Source: Elusimicrobiota bacterium (GTDB taxonomy: Bacteria; Elusimicrobiota; Elusimicrobia; UBA1565; UBA9628). Taken from it: 64,000 bases of DNA. How positions within the stretch are numbered: the first letter of the stretch is position 1; every line of letters starts with the position of its first letter. A program made the translations under genes and the position numbers. A model generated the notes under the pieces. It made no database searches. It worked only from the letters and a program-made list of their open reading frames with translations, and was not told the origin of the DNA. Of the stretch, positions 36,159 through 44,907 are shown one piece after another. Location: positions 66,378-130,377 of the forward strand of contig JAKFCD010000110.1 in the NCBI GenBank assembly GCA_036676805.1. The letters are read 5' to 3'.

Positions 36159-36656
36159 GTGGCGACCAGGGCCGCCTCCGACTCCGAGCTCGAGTCGGTC
36201 TACCGCATGGGTTATGACGCCTGGGGCGAAGGCCTCGGACTCGAAGCCTACCTCGCCGCCTGCCGCGCGTCGCCGAAGTACGCCGCGGGAAAATGGTGGG
36301 TTTCGGTCGACGGCGACGGCGTTCCCCTGAGCTCCCTGCTCGCGCATGAGATCGCTCTTCCGTCGGGACCGCCGGCCGTCGGCCTCGGCTCCATCGCCAC
36401 GCCGCCGGAGCTGAGGGGCCGAGGGCATGCCTCGCGCCTGATCTCCGCGTTCCTTCGCGCCCGGGAAGCGTCCCACCGCACGGAGGTCTTCTTCCTCTTC
36501 TCCGACATCGCCCCCGCGTTCTACGAACGCTCCGGCTTCGCCGCGCTCATGCCCTGCCCCGGCAAGCCGGGCTCCATCCTGATGGCACGGGCCGAAGCGA
36601 AGCGCCTCTCGAGCCTGCTGTCGGATCCAGCCTTCACGGTCCCGGGCTACTTCTAA
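36159..36656 (+). CDS. GNAT-like acetyltransferase (GTG start)
   Basis: 'IATPPELRGRGHASRLISAFL...FYERSGF' resembles the GNAT acetyl-CoA-binding core. Confidence 0.45.
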   Translation: MATRAASDSELESVYRMGYDAWGEGLGLEAYLAACRASPKYAAGKWWVSVDGDGVPLSSLLAHEIALPSGPPAVGLGSIATPPELRGRGHASRLISAFLRAREASHRTEVFFLFSDIAPAFYERSGFAALMPCPGKPGSILMARAEAKRLSSLLSDPAFTVPGYF

Positions 36657-36781
36657 GGACCGACCATCCTTGAGGATAGCCCGTCGCCCCCGGGCCCCCA
36701 GGGCCACTCCTTAGTAGGACCATTGCCCGCCGATAAGGGGTCCTTCGCTCCATCCGTCGAATCGTCCCCCGGGGCTATGAT

Positions 36782-38086
36782 ATGACCATGATGAGAACCC
36801 TCTTTGCCGCCGTCGCGGCCTGCGCGCTTGCCGCCGGAAGCGCCTCGGCGCAAACCCAAGTCTCCGTTCGCGCCGGCCAAGGCGCCGCTCCCATCGCGCC
36901 GATCCTTCCTTTCTCCGCGGCGCCCGGCGGCGCCATGCTCGTCTCGCCGCTCTCGGGCCTGGGGCTGACGCCCTCGCTGTCCGCGCCGTCGCTTGCCGCT
37001 CCCGCGCTCTCGTTGGCTCCCTCGGCTCTCGCCCCCGCGCCCTCGGCCGTCGCCGCCGCCGCGCAGCCCGCCGCCGTTCGCCCCGCCGCGATCGCCGCGG
37101 CCAAGGCGGTCGCGGTCAAACCCGCCGCCGCCGCGACCGCTCTCGACCAGGCCGCGTCCCCCGCCCTCTCCGTCCTCTCGGCCGCCGCCGTCGAGGATCA
37201 AAAGTCCCCGGCGAACGCCGCCAAGCTCGACGCGCTGTTCGACGGCTCGGCCGCGCGCTCCGGCGAGGCCTCCGCCGTCGCCGCGCCGGCGCCCAAGCGG
37301 ACGCGCTCCTTCCTCGGCCGCGCCGCCCTCGCCGCCGGCGTGTTCATCGCGCATCCCGGGATCGCGCTCGCCGCCCAGGCCCCGGCCGCCGTCGATCCCG
37401 GCGCGATGGCGCTCATCGGCTCCTACGCTCCGCTCGCCACCGCGATCGCCGCCGTGCTCGGCGCGCTGTTCGGCCTCTGGTCGACGCGCAGCCGCGACGG
37501 GTCTCCCGCCAACGCGGGAAGCGTCTTCGCCGCGGCGCTGAGCCACGGCGCCATCGCCGGCGCCGCCGCCTTCACCTTAATCGACCTGACCAAGGTCGCC
37601 TTCCTCGGCGCCTCCGCCGCCGCGCTCACGCCGCTGACCGCGGCCGTGGCGACGGCCGCGCTCGCGCAGACCGCCTTCGCCGCCAAGTTCATGGACCCCG
37701 CCACGACGCCCGCCGAGCGCGTCATGGGAGCCTTCCCCGCCGTCGCCATGGCCTTTGGGCTCAGCGTCGGCGCCGTCGCCTTCCTGCCCGCCGCGACCAT
37801 GGTCACGGTCGGGGCCGCGGCCCTGATGATGACGGGTGCCGCGACCGCGCTGTACACCGCCTTGTTCCGCCTGGAGAAGTCCCCCGCCGGCGGCCCCGCC
37901 GCGATGGGCCGCGGCTTCGTCCTGCAAGGGCTGATGACGGGCCTGGCGCTGGCGCTCGGGCCCTCGCCCTACGCGCTGTTCTTCTTCGCGCTCGGCATGG
38001 CCGGCTTCGGCCTGGTGCTGCTGGCGACCGCCAAGGAGCTCTGGGCGGCCGTGCCGCAGTCCTTCAAGGACCGCCTCAAGCGCTAG
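36782..38086 (+). CDS. Ala-rich secreted/membrane protein, hypothetical
   Basis: Signal peptide, then a long Ala/Pro/Ser low-complexity region, then a C-terminal block of hydrophobic helices. Confidence 0.45.
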   Translation: MTMMRTLFAAVAACALAAGSASAQTQVSVRAGQGAAPIAPILPFSAAPGGAMLVSPLSGLGLTPSLSAPSLAAPALSLAPSALAPAPSAVAAAAQPAAVRPAAIAAAKAVAVKPAAAATALDQAASPALSVLSAAAVEDQKSPANAAKLDALFDGSAARSGEASAVAAPAPKRTRSFLGRAALAAGVFIAHPGIALAAQAPAAVDPGAMALIGSYAPLATAIAAVLGALFGLWSTRSRDGSPANAGSVFAAALSHGAIAGAAAFTLIDLTKVAFLGASAAALTPLTAAVATAALAQTAFAAKFMDPATTPAERVMGAFPAVAMAFGLSVGAVAFLPAATMVTVGAAALMMTGAATALYTALFRLEKSPAGGPAAMGRGFVLQGLMTGLALALGPSPYALFFFALGMAGFGLVLLATAKELWAAVPQSFKDRLKR

Positions 38087-38087
38087 G

Positions 38088-38426
38088 TCAGCTTCCCCGA
38101 TACGTCGAGTAGCCGAACGGCGAGAGCAGCAGCGGCACGTGGTGGTGCCGGGAATCCCTCACGGTGAAGACGATCGAGATCGACGGGTAGAACGCGTTCT
38201 GACGCGTGCGCTTGAAGTAGGACGCGACGCCGAAGGTCAGGCGATAGACTCCCGTTTTGAGCTTCGCGTTCCCCCTGAGGAGCGTCTTGCAGCGGCCGTC
38301 GAGGTCGGTAGCGCCCCGCCCCACGGCGGCCCAGCCGCCGCCGCTTCCCTTGGCGAGGATGAGCGGGACGCCCGACGCGGGCCGGCCGGTCGAGGTATCG
38401 AGGACGTGGGTGGTGATCGTGCTCAT
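38088..38426 (-). CDS. uraH: 5-hydroxyisourate hydrolase (transthyretin-like HIUase)
   Basis: 112 aa. 'HVLDTSTGRPA', and a C-terminal 'YRGS' tetrapeptide diagnostic of HIUase. Confidence 0.85.
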   Translation of the reverse strand: MSTITTHVLDTSTGRPASGVPLILAKGSGGGWAAVGRGATDLDGRCKTLLRGNAKLKTGVYRLTFGVASYFKRTRQNAFYPSISIVFTVRDSRHHHVPLLLSPFGYSTYRGS

Positions 38427-38926
38427 GAGATCAGTTTCTCCAGGCGGATCTTGGTGATCTTGCTCTGCTCGCCCGCGGCGACGCGCAGCTCGGCCGCGGC
38501 GCCGTTGGGCAGCCTTGATTTCAGCAAATCGAGCATCTCCGCGGCGGATTTTCCGGTGGCGCACACGACGAAGATGTGACCGAACTTCTTCTCGTAGGCG
38601 GCGTTGCCCGCGGCGAGCGCGTCGAGCGTCTTCTCATCCGCGGCCGCCGCGCCGGCCTGCTCGCCTTTCGCCCAGGCCCGCGTCGCGGCGAACTTCTCGC
38701 GCAGGGCGTCCTTGCCGCCGATGCGCGGGTGGTGGGCCAGCGCCTCGCGCCAGTCGGGCTCCTCCGTCCTCGCCCACGCCCCGTCGGAGGCGGCGAGCAG
38801 GGAGGCCAGGTCCTTGAAAGGGCGGGCGGCGAGCACTTCCGCGGCCCACCGCGCGCAGCCGCAGCAGCGCAGCAGCTCGCCGCGCGCGGCCTCGACGCTC
38901 AACGCGTTGAACGTTTCAAGGGTCAC
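38423..38926 (-). CDS. uraD: OHCU decarboxylase (2-oxo-4-hydroxy-4-carboxy-5-ureidoimidazoline decarboxylase)
   Basis: 'ALAHHPRIG' motif. Size 167 aa. 4-nt overlap with HIUase. Confidence 0.8.
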   Translation of the reverse strand: MTLETFNALSVEAARGELLRCCGCARWAAEVLAARPFKDLASLLAASDGAWARTEEPDWREALAHHPRIGGKDALREKFAATRAWAKGEQAGAAAADEKTLDALAAGNAAYEKKFGHIFVVCATGKSAAEMLDLLKSRLPNGAAAELRVAAGEQSKITKIRLEKLIS

Positions 38927-39312
38927 GGCGCGCAGCCCTTGGCGGAGGGAAGCTTATCGGGGTTCTTCAAGAGGAACCCGTGCAGCCCGGTGACGAGCTT
39001 CGCCTGCCACGCGTCGCCCTTGTAGCGGAACTTGAAGCCGCCGAGGCGCTCGCCGCAGGGCGAGTAGACGCCCTGCTTCATCCACGCGCGCATGAGCCAG
39101 CCCACGCCGAAGGACTCGGTCTCGACGACGACGCCGCAGGACGGGAACGGGCCCTTTCCCTCGACGAGCGCCACCGACTCGAAGAGCCCTTCGCCCGCCG
39201 CCCGGGCGTCGGGAAGGTCCTTGCTCCACTTCACGCACGCCTTGACCGGCAGCGGCCCGGCGGCGGCCGCGGCGGACGGGACCAGCAGCGCGGCGGCGAG
39301 CAGGAGCTTCAC
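38923..39312 (-). CDS. secreted hypothetical protein (129 aa, Cys-containing)
   Basis: Signal peptide 'MKLLLAAALLVPSAAAAAG'. Co-oriented and overlapping with the purine catabolism genes. Confidence 0.45.
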   Translation of the reverse strand: MKLLLAAALLVPSAAAAAGPLPVKACVKWSKDLPDARAAGEGLFESVALVEGKGPFPSCGVVVETESFGVGWLMRAWMKQGVYSPCGERLGGFKFRYKGDAWQAKLVTGLHGFLLKNPDKLPSAKGCAP

Positions 39313-40265
39313 GCGCGCACCCCCGGCAGGCGCAGGCGCGAGACGCCTCCGTCCGGGTATATGTTCAGGCGCACGTGGGTGATCGGGCCGTGCGGCAGGA
39401 TCTCCTTGCGGAAGAAATGGCGCTTGTGGGCCGACAGCTTCGTCTGGGGCAGCACGGGCAGCCAGGGGGTGAACTCATCGGCGAGGTCGGCCCCCTCGGC
39501 GCCGGGCTTGTGCACGCCCTCGAGCATGCAGGAGTCCGGATAGTTGCCTTTGAAGAAATTGGTGTCGACCTCGATCTTCCGGATCTGCCCCGGGGCCCCG
39601 AGCTTCAGGATCGCCCAGTCCCAGCCCGGCCCGCGGCGGCGCTTGGTCTCCCAGCCGTCGCCCATATTCCTCGATCTCCCGGGCATGATCAGGTTCTGCG
39701 GGTGAGAGTAGTGCGCGTCGCTCGCGAGAAGAGGCAGCCCGCCGTTCTCCACGGCGACGAGGTCCACCAAGGTCTTCTTCGGAATCTTCGACCAGTTCGG
39801 AGAGACCTCGCCGTACACGCGCAGCCGCGCGACGCCCCCGTCGGGGAAGATGTTCAAGCGCACCTGATCGAATGGCTTGTCGGACTTGACCGGCAGAAGG
39901 TTGTCGCCGTTGCCTTTCAGGACGGTCTTGGGCAGGAGCTCGGTCCACGGCCCCTTGCCGTCCCGCGCGTCGAGGCTCGCGTGGGAAGGATAGTTGCCGG
40001 TAAAGAACGAGGTGTCGACGTTGATCCCCCTGATGAGGCCTCGAAGGCCGAGCTTCACGATGCACCAGTCGTAGCCCGGCGTCCGCCGGCGCCGCGATTC
40101 CCAGCCGTCCATCCACTTTCCCCGCGAAGTATACTTGTCGGCGAGCCACACCGCCTTTCGCGGCTTGAGCAGGCTCGACCTCGGCGCGAAGAACTCGTCG
40201 CTGGCCGCGACGGCCTTGCCGCCGACGCGCGCGGAGGCCAGGTCGATCAGGTGGATGAAGTCCAT
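39309..40265 (-). CDS. alc: allantoicase
   Basis: Two internal repeats of the allantoicase domain ('DGWESRRRR...NYP' and 'DGWETKRRRGPG...NYPD'). Confidence 0.85.
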   Translation of the reverse strand: MDFIHLIDLASARVGGKAVAASDEFFAPRSSLLKPRKAVWLADKYTSRGKWMDGWESRRRRTPGYDWCIVKLGLRGLIRGINVDTSFFTGNYPSHASLDARDGKGPWTELLPKTVLKGNGDNLLPVKSDKPFDQVRLNIFPDGGVARLRVYGEVSPNWSKIPKKTLVDLVAVENGGLPLLASDAHYSHPQNLIMPGRSRNMGDGWETKRRRGPGWDWAILKLGAPGQIRKIEVDTNFFKGNYPDSCMLEGVHKPGAEGADLADEFTPWLPVLPQTKLSAHKRHFFRKEILPHGPITHVRLNIYPDGGVSRLRLPGVRA

Positions 40266-41614
40266 GTCTCGCTCCCTTTGAGGAGGGTCTTTCCCCGCCG
40301 TCCGGCGGGGAAATTTCCGTTATTATCGTAGATCTCCGCGCCGCGCTGATAGTGCGCGACGACCTCGCCCTGAAGCCGCAGGCCGGCGTACGCCGTGACC
40401 TTGTGGCGGTGCAGCACGCCGGCGGACCCGACCTCGAACAAGGCCGCGTCGTCGAGCACGACCATATCCGCGTCCCGGCCCTTCTCGAGCCGCCCCTTGG
40501 CCGACAGCCCCGCGAAATCGGCGGTTCGCTCCGCCGTCCAGCGCACCACGTCCTCGAGCTGAAAGCCCCGCCGCTTGGCGCCCATCCACACGGCGGGCAA
40601 CGTGAACTGCAGGCCGGCGATGCCGCCCCATGCGGCCATGAAGTCCCCCGAGGAGAACTTCTTGAGCTCGGGGGCGCAGGGGCTGTGGTCCGACACGACG
40701 AAGTCGATGACGCCGCGCCCGAGGGCGCGCCACAACCGCTCGCGGTTCTCCGCGGAGCGGATCGGCGGCGCGCACTTGAACTGCGTGGCGCCGTCGGGTA
40801 TGCCGTCGTCGGCGAAGGTCAGGTAATGCGGGCAGGTCTCCGCCGTGAACGGAAGGCCCTCGGCCTTGGCCGCCTCGATGTCGGGCAGGGCCTCGGCCGA
40901 GGACAGATGCACGATGTGGGTCCGGCACCGCGTCTTGCGGCACAGCTCGATCATCAGGCGGATCGCGCGCGCCTCCATCTCCCCGGGGCGCGAGGCCAGG
41001 TAGGACGCGAACTTGCGCGGATCTTGGGCGTTAAGAGCCGGCGGAGCCGGCTCGTCGAGCTCGGCGTGCACGATCAGCGGCAGGCCCAACCCCGCGATCA
41101 CCGGCATCGCCGCCTCGAGGTCACCCCGGGTGACGTTGGGAAACTCGTCGAGGCCGCTGTGCGTCAGGAAGGCCTTGAAGCCGACGACGCCGTCGGCCGC
41201 GAGAAGGGGGAGCTCGGCGAGGTTCCCGGGAACCACGCCTCCCCAGAACGCCGCGTCGACGGTGAGCTTGCCCTTGACCGCGTCGAGCTTCGCCTTGAGC
41301 GCGCGACGGGTGGTGGTGACGGGAGAACAATTCAACGGCATGTCGATTATCGTTCCGACTCCTCCCGCCGCCGCCGCGCGAGTGGCGGTGAGATATCCTT
41401 CCCACTCGGTTCTTCCAGGTTCGTTGACGTGGACGTGCGAGTCCACGAGTGAAGGGATCACCGCAAGGTCACCCACGTCGTTGACGTTCAATCCGTTGGG
41501 GATATCGTCGACGTTGACGATATCCCCGATTTTCCCGTCCTCGATCAAGATCGCGCCCTCTCGAGGCCCGTCAGGCGTATAGATCCGAGTCCCCTTCACC
41601 GCGAACTCGATCAT
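40247..41614 (-). CDS. allB: allantoinase (cyclic amidohydrolase)
   Basis: 'DSHVHVNEPGRTEWEG' metal-binding motif, 'FKAF', 'IVHLSS', 'VVSDHSPC'. 455 aa. Confidence 0.85.
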   Translation of the reverse strand: MIEFAVKGTRIYTPDGPREGAILIEDGKIGDIVNVDDIPNGLNVNDVGDLAVIPSLVDSHVHVNEPGRTEWEGYLTATRAAAAGGVGTIIDMPLNCSPVTTTRRALKAKLDAVKGKLTVDAAFWGGVVPGNLAELPLLAADGVVGFKAFLTHSGLDEFPNVTRGDLEAAMPVIAGLGLPLIVHAELDEPAPPALNAQDPRKFASYLASRPGEMEARAIRLMIELCRKTRCRTHIVHLSSAEALPDIEAAKAEGLPFTAETCPHYLTFADDGIPDGATQFKCAPPIRSAENRERLWRALGRGVIDFVVSDHSPCAPELKKFSSGDFMAAWGGIAGLQFTLPAVWMGAKRRGFQLEDVVRWTAERTADFAGLSAKGRLEKGRDADMVVLDDAALFEVGSAGVLHRHKVTAYAGLRLQGEVVAHYQRGAEIYDNNGNFPAGRRGKTLLKGSETWTSST

Positions 41615-42150
41615 TTTCCGGCCCCGTTGAGGTTCGCGAAAATCACGTCGGTGTTCACCGCCACCTCGGCCACGCTCCGTCCCCGCAGGAACTCATCCAG
41701 CCGTCCCGACGCCGGGTCCAACCGCGAGACCTCCTCCCACGCGTCCGCCCCCAGCAGCACCGGATGCCCACGGCGCCCCGCGTGCACCGGCACCGCGTCC
41801 CCCTGGGCCGTCTCGAGCGCCCGCCACACGCGCAGGTCGAACACCGGCATGTCGACGTGCACCATGAAGGCGCGCGACCGCGGCGAAGCCGCGAGCAGGA
41901 CCTGAAGCGATTTCAGCGCCGGTCCCTCCGGGTCCGCCGCGACCCAGTTCACGCGCGGCGACAGCGCGCGGCAGCGCTCGAGCCATTCGCCCTGCACGGC
42001 GACGTCGATATTCCCGGGCTCGGTCACCGTCGCCAGAAAGCCGAGCTGCGCCTCGAGCAAGGTGCTTCCCGCGTACGGCCGCCACGCCTTGGGCCCGCCG
42101 GCGCGCCGGCCTCGGCCCGCGGCGAGCAGACGGACGCGGACTTCGCTCAT
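41611..42150 (-). CDS. mocA: MobA/MocA-like nucleotidyltransferase (molybdenum cofactor cytidylyltransferase candidate)
   Basis: 179-aa product 'LLAAGRGRRAGGPKAWRPYAGSTLLE...' with an NTP-transferase Gly-rich loop. ATGA overlap with xdhC. Upstream ORF-track extension rejected. Confidence 0.65.
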   Translation of the reverse strand: MSEVRVRLLAAGRGRRAGGPKAWRPYAGSTLLEAQLGFLATVTEPGNIDVAVQGEWLERCRALSPRVNWVAADPEGPALKSLQVLLAASPRSRAFMVHVDMPVFDLRVWRALETAQGDAVPVHAGRRGHPVLLGADAWEEVSRLDPASGRLDEFLRGRSVAEVAVNTDVIFANLNGAGK

Positions 42151-42941
42151 GCGTTGACGGCCGCCGACTTCGACAGGATTCGATACGCCCATTTCTCGAG
42201 CAGCTCGGCCGCGACCGAGACGGCGATCGCCTTGGGGTTCTTCGAGGGAATCTTGCGCCCGATCGGGCAGCGCATGGCCGCGTCCCACAGCGCCCGCCGC
42301 GGCGGCGGCAGGCGAGAGCGGAACACGCGGGATTTGTGCATGGAGCCGATCAAGCCGAGATAACCCAGGGGCTTGTCCAGGAGGACGTCGATCAAGGCGA
42401 AATCGAGCTCGTGATCGTTCGTCATGACGCAGGCGGCGTCCAAGGGGCCGTAGCCCGCGGCGCGCGCCAGGGGAACGGGGTCCGTCCGCAGGATCTTCGT
42501 TTTGGCGGGGAAAGCCGACGCCTCGGCCCACTCCGGGCGAGGGTCGTAGATGCAGACCTCGAGATCCAGACCATCCAAGGTGGAGGCCAAAGCCCTCGCC
42601 ACATGTCCCGCCCCGAATACGTGCACCGCCTTGCGGCGCCCGCATGGCTCGAAAAACACCGTGACCTTGCCGCCGCAGCACTGCCCCATCTCGCGGCACA
42701 AGGTGTACTCGCGCAGCAGCGCCTCCGGCCGGTCCGCCGAGAGGATCAGGCGCGCCTGCGTCAGCACCTCCGCCTCGAAGCGCCCTCCGCCGACCGTCCC
42801 GGAGAACCCGTCGGCCCACACCCACATCTTGGCCCCCGGCGCCTGGGGAGCCGAGCCGACGACCTTCGCGAGCGTGCACAGCACGCCCGGACGCGGCAGG
42901 TCCCCGGCGAGCTCGGAGAGAGCGAGAGGCTCCATGACCAA
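42147..42941 (-). CDS. xdhC: XdhC/CoxI family Moco-insertion accessory protein
   Basis: 'VHVFGAGHVARALA' Rossmann-like segment and family-typical length. Confidence 0.7.
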   Translation of the reverse strand: MVMEPLALSELAGDLPRPGVLCTLAKVVGSAPQAPGAKMWVWADGFSGTVGGGRFEAEVLTQARLILSADRPEALLREYTLCREMGQCCGGKVTVFFEPCGRRKAVHVFGAGHVARALASTLDGLDLEVCIYDPRPEWAEASAFPAKTKILRTDPVPLARAAGYGPLDAACVMTNDHELDFALIDVLLDKPLGYLGLIGSMHKSRVFRSRLPPPRRALWDAAMRCPIGRKIPSKNPKAIAVSVAAELLEKWAYRILSKSAAVNA

Positions 42942-42969
42942 ATTCTACTTAATTGCTAGACTGGCGACG

Positions 42970-44346
42970 ATGCGTCCCTCTCTGCTCGTCAAGAACGCCC
43001 TGCGCGTAGCCACCATGGACGACGCCGGCACCGAGTTCGAGGGCGCCGACGTCCTGATCAAAGGCCGCGTCATCCTCGCGGTCGGCAAGGACCTCGAGGC
43101 CCCCGACGACGCGCAGATCCTCGACGCGCGCGGCTGCGTCGTGATCCCGGGCTTGGTCAACACGCACCATCACCTCTGCCAGACCCTCACGAGGGCCACG
43201 CCCGCCGCGCAGGACGACAAGCTCTTCGACTGGCTCGTCTACCACTATCAGGTCTGGCGCCACCTGACGCCCGAATACGCGGCCCTGGGCGCCCAGGTCG
43301 GCCTCGGCGAGCTGCTGCTCACGGGCTGCACCACGTCCGCCGACCACACCTACCTGTACCCTCGCGGTCTGACCGGTCTGGTCGACGCCCAGATCGACGC
43401 GGCCCGTTCGCTCGGCATCCGCTTCGCCCCCACCCGCGGTTCGATGTCGGTCGGCGCGTCGAAGGGCGGCCTGCCTCCCGACGACTGCACGGAATCCGAG
43501 GAAGAGATTCTCCGCGACGGCGAGCGCCTGATCAAGGAGCACCACGACAAAGGCCCCTACGCCATGATCCAGATCGGCCTCGCGCCCTGCGCCCCGTTCT
43601 CGGTCTCCACCGACCTCATGAAGGCGACGGCGGCCCAGGCCAAGCGCTGGGGCGTGCGGATCCACACCCATCTCTGCGAGACCCTCGACGAGGAGGCCTA
43701 CTGCCTCGAGAAGTACAAGCTGCGCCCCATCGACTTTCTCGATTCGCTGGGCTGGCTGGACTCGAACGTCTGGCTCGCGCATATGGTCCACGTCAACGAT
43801 GAGGAAATAAGCCGGCTTGCCAAAGCCGGCGTCGGGATCGCCCACTGCCCGTCCTCAAACCTGCGCCTGGGCTCGGGCGTGCCGCCCGTCCGCAAATACC
43901 TCGACGGCGGCGTCCAGGTCGGCCTCGCCGTCGACGGCTCCGCGTCCAACGACACCTCCGACATGCTGGCCGAGGCGCGCCAGGCGATGCTCGTGCACCG
44001 CGTGAAGTCCGGCGTCGGCAGCATGACGGCGCGGCAGGTCCTTCATATGGCCACCCGCGGCGGCGCCTCCGTGCTCGGCCGGGACGACCTCGGCCAGATC
44101 GCCCCCGGCAAGGCCGCCGACCTCGCGATCTTCGACGTCAACCGCCTCGACTACGCGGGCTCCGCCGGCGACCCCGTCGCCTCCCTGCTGTTCTGCGGCG
44201 CTGGGCACCGTACCAAGTGGACCATCGTCAACGGCCATGTCGTCGTCGAGAACGGCGTCCTCAAGAACCTCGATGAGGGCGACATCACCCGCCAGGCCAA
44301 CGCCGCCTGCCTCGACCTCCTTAAGAAGGCCGGCGCCATCGCGTGA
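42970..44346 (+). CDS. amidohydrolase, guanine/8-oxoguanine deaminase-like
   Basis: 'PGLVNTHHHLCQTL' metal-binding motif, 'HTHLCET', 'HCPSSN', 'DGSASND'. Purine-cluster context. Confidence 0.65.
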   Translation: MRPSLLVKNALRVATMDDAGTEFEGADVLIKGRVILAVGKDLEAPDDAQILDARGCVVIPGLVNTHHHLCQTLTRATPAAQDDKLFDWLVYHYQVWRHLTPEYAALGAQVGLGELLLTGCTTSADHTYLYPRGLTGLVDAQIDAARSLGIRFAPTRGSMSVGASKGGLPPDDCTESEEEILRDGERLIKEHHDKGPYAMIQIGLAPCAPFSVSTDLMKATAAQAKRWGVRIHTHLCETLDEEAYCLEKYKLRPIDFLDSLGWLDSNVWLAHMVHVNDEEISRLAKAGVGIAHCPSSNLRLGSGVPPVRKYLDGGVQVGLAVDGSASNDTSDMLAEARQAMLVHRVKSGVGSMTARQVLHMATRGGASVLGRDDLGQIAPGKAADLAIFDVNRLDYAGSAGDPVASLLFCGAGHRTKWTIVNGHVVVENGVLKNLDEGDITRQANAACLDLLKKAGAIA

Positions 44347-44741
44347 AGGAGGTCCGGGTGACGCCGGCCAAGTTCCGCCTGATGGCGGAGGCCGAGCTCG
44401 GCCGCATCCCTCCGGAGGTGCGCGCTTTGCTCGTCAACGTGACGATCGAGACCAAGGAGGAGCCCGGCGAGGAGGCCGACGACCTCGAGGACGGCGACGA
44501 GAACGACGTCACCGACCTCCTCGGCCTGTACTGCGGCCCCGAGCGCGAGGACTTCCTCGGCCCCGACGCCCACGGTCAGCTCCCCGCCAAGGTCTACCTC
44601 TATCAGTGGAACCTCGAGGACTCCGTCGGCAGCGTCGAGGAGCTCCAAAAAGAGATCCGCTTGACCCTTCGCCACGAGCTCGCCCACCACTTCGGCTTCG
44701 ACGACGACGAGCTCGAGCGCGTCTGGCCCGAAGGCGCCTAA
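44343..44741 (+). CDS. zincin-like metallopeptidase family protein
   Basis: 'LRHELAHHFGF' HExxH-type motif. Acidic linker. 132 aa. Confidence 0.55.
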   Translation: MKEVRVTPAKFRLMAEAELGRIPPEVRALLVNVTIETKEEPGEEADDLEDGDENDVTDLLGLYCGPEREDFLGPDAHGQLPAKVYLYQWNLEDSVGSVEELQKEIRLTLRHELAHHFGFDDDELERVWPEGA

Positions 44742-44778
44742 CGATAATATCGGGGTCAGACCTCCCGTTGTTGCGTTG

Positions 44779-44841
44779 TTGGTGTCAGTCCTACCGGTTT
44801 CACTTTGCGGTCCGAACTGAAACCGGTAGGACTGACACCAA
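44779..44841. repeat. perfect 24-bp inverted repeat (TTGGTGTCAGTCCTACCGGTTTCA ... TGAAACCGGTAGGACTGACACCAA) with 15-nt loop
   Basis: Read directly. Arms at 44779-44802 and 44818-44841. Intergenic between the metallopeptidase gene and citrate synthase. Confidence 0.6.
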
Positions 44842-44907
44842 TTTGACGCGCCAACCTCAAAAGGATAACCTCGTCGAGCCGTCGGCGTGATCCCGGAGGA
44901 ATCGAAT

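Noticed and set aside
36653-37546. Minus-strand 297-aa Gly/Arg-rich ORF and other frames across the Ala-rich protein gene 36782-38086
   Set aside because: They are mirror-frame artifacts of an Ala-rich (GCN-repeat) coding sequence. The plus-strand product has a signal peptide and coherent hydrophobic helices.
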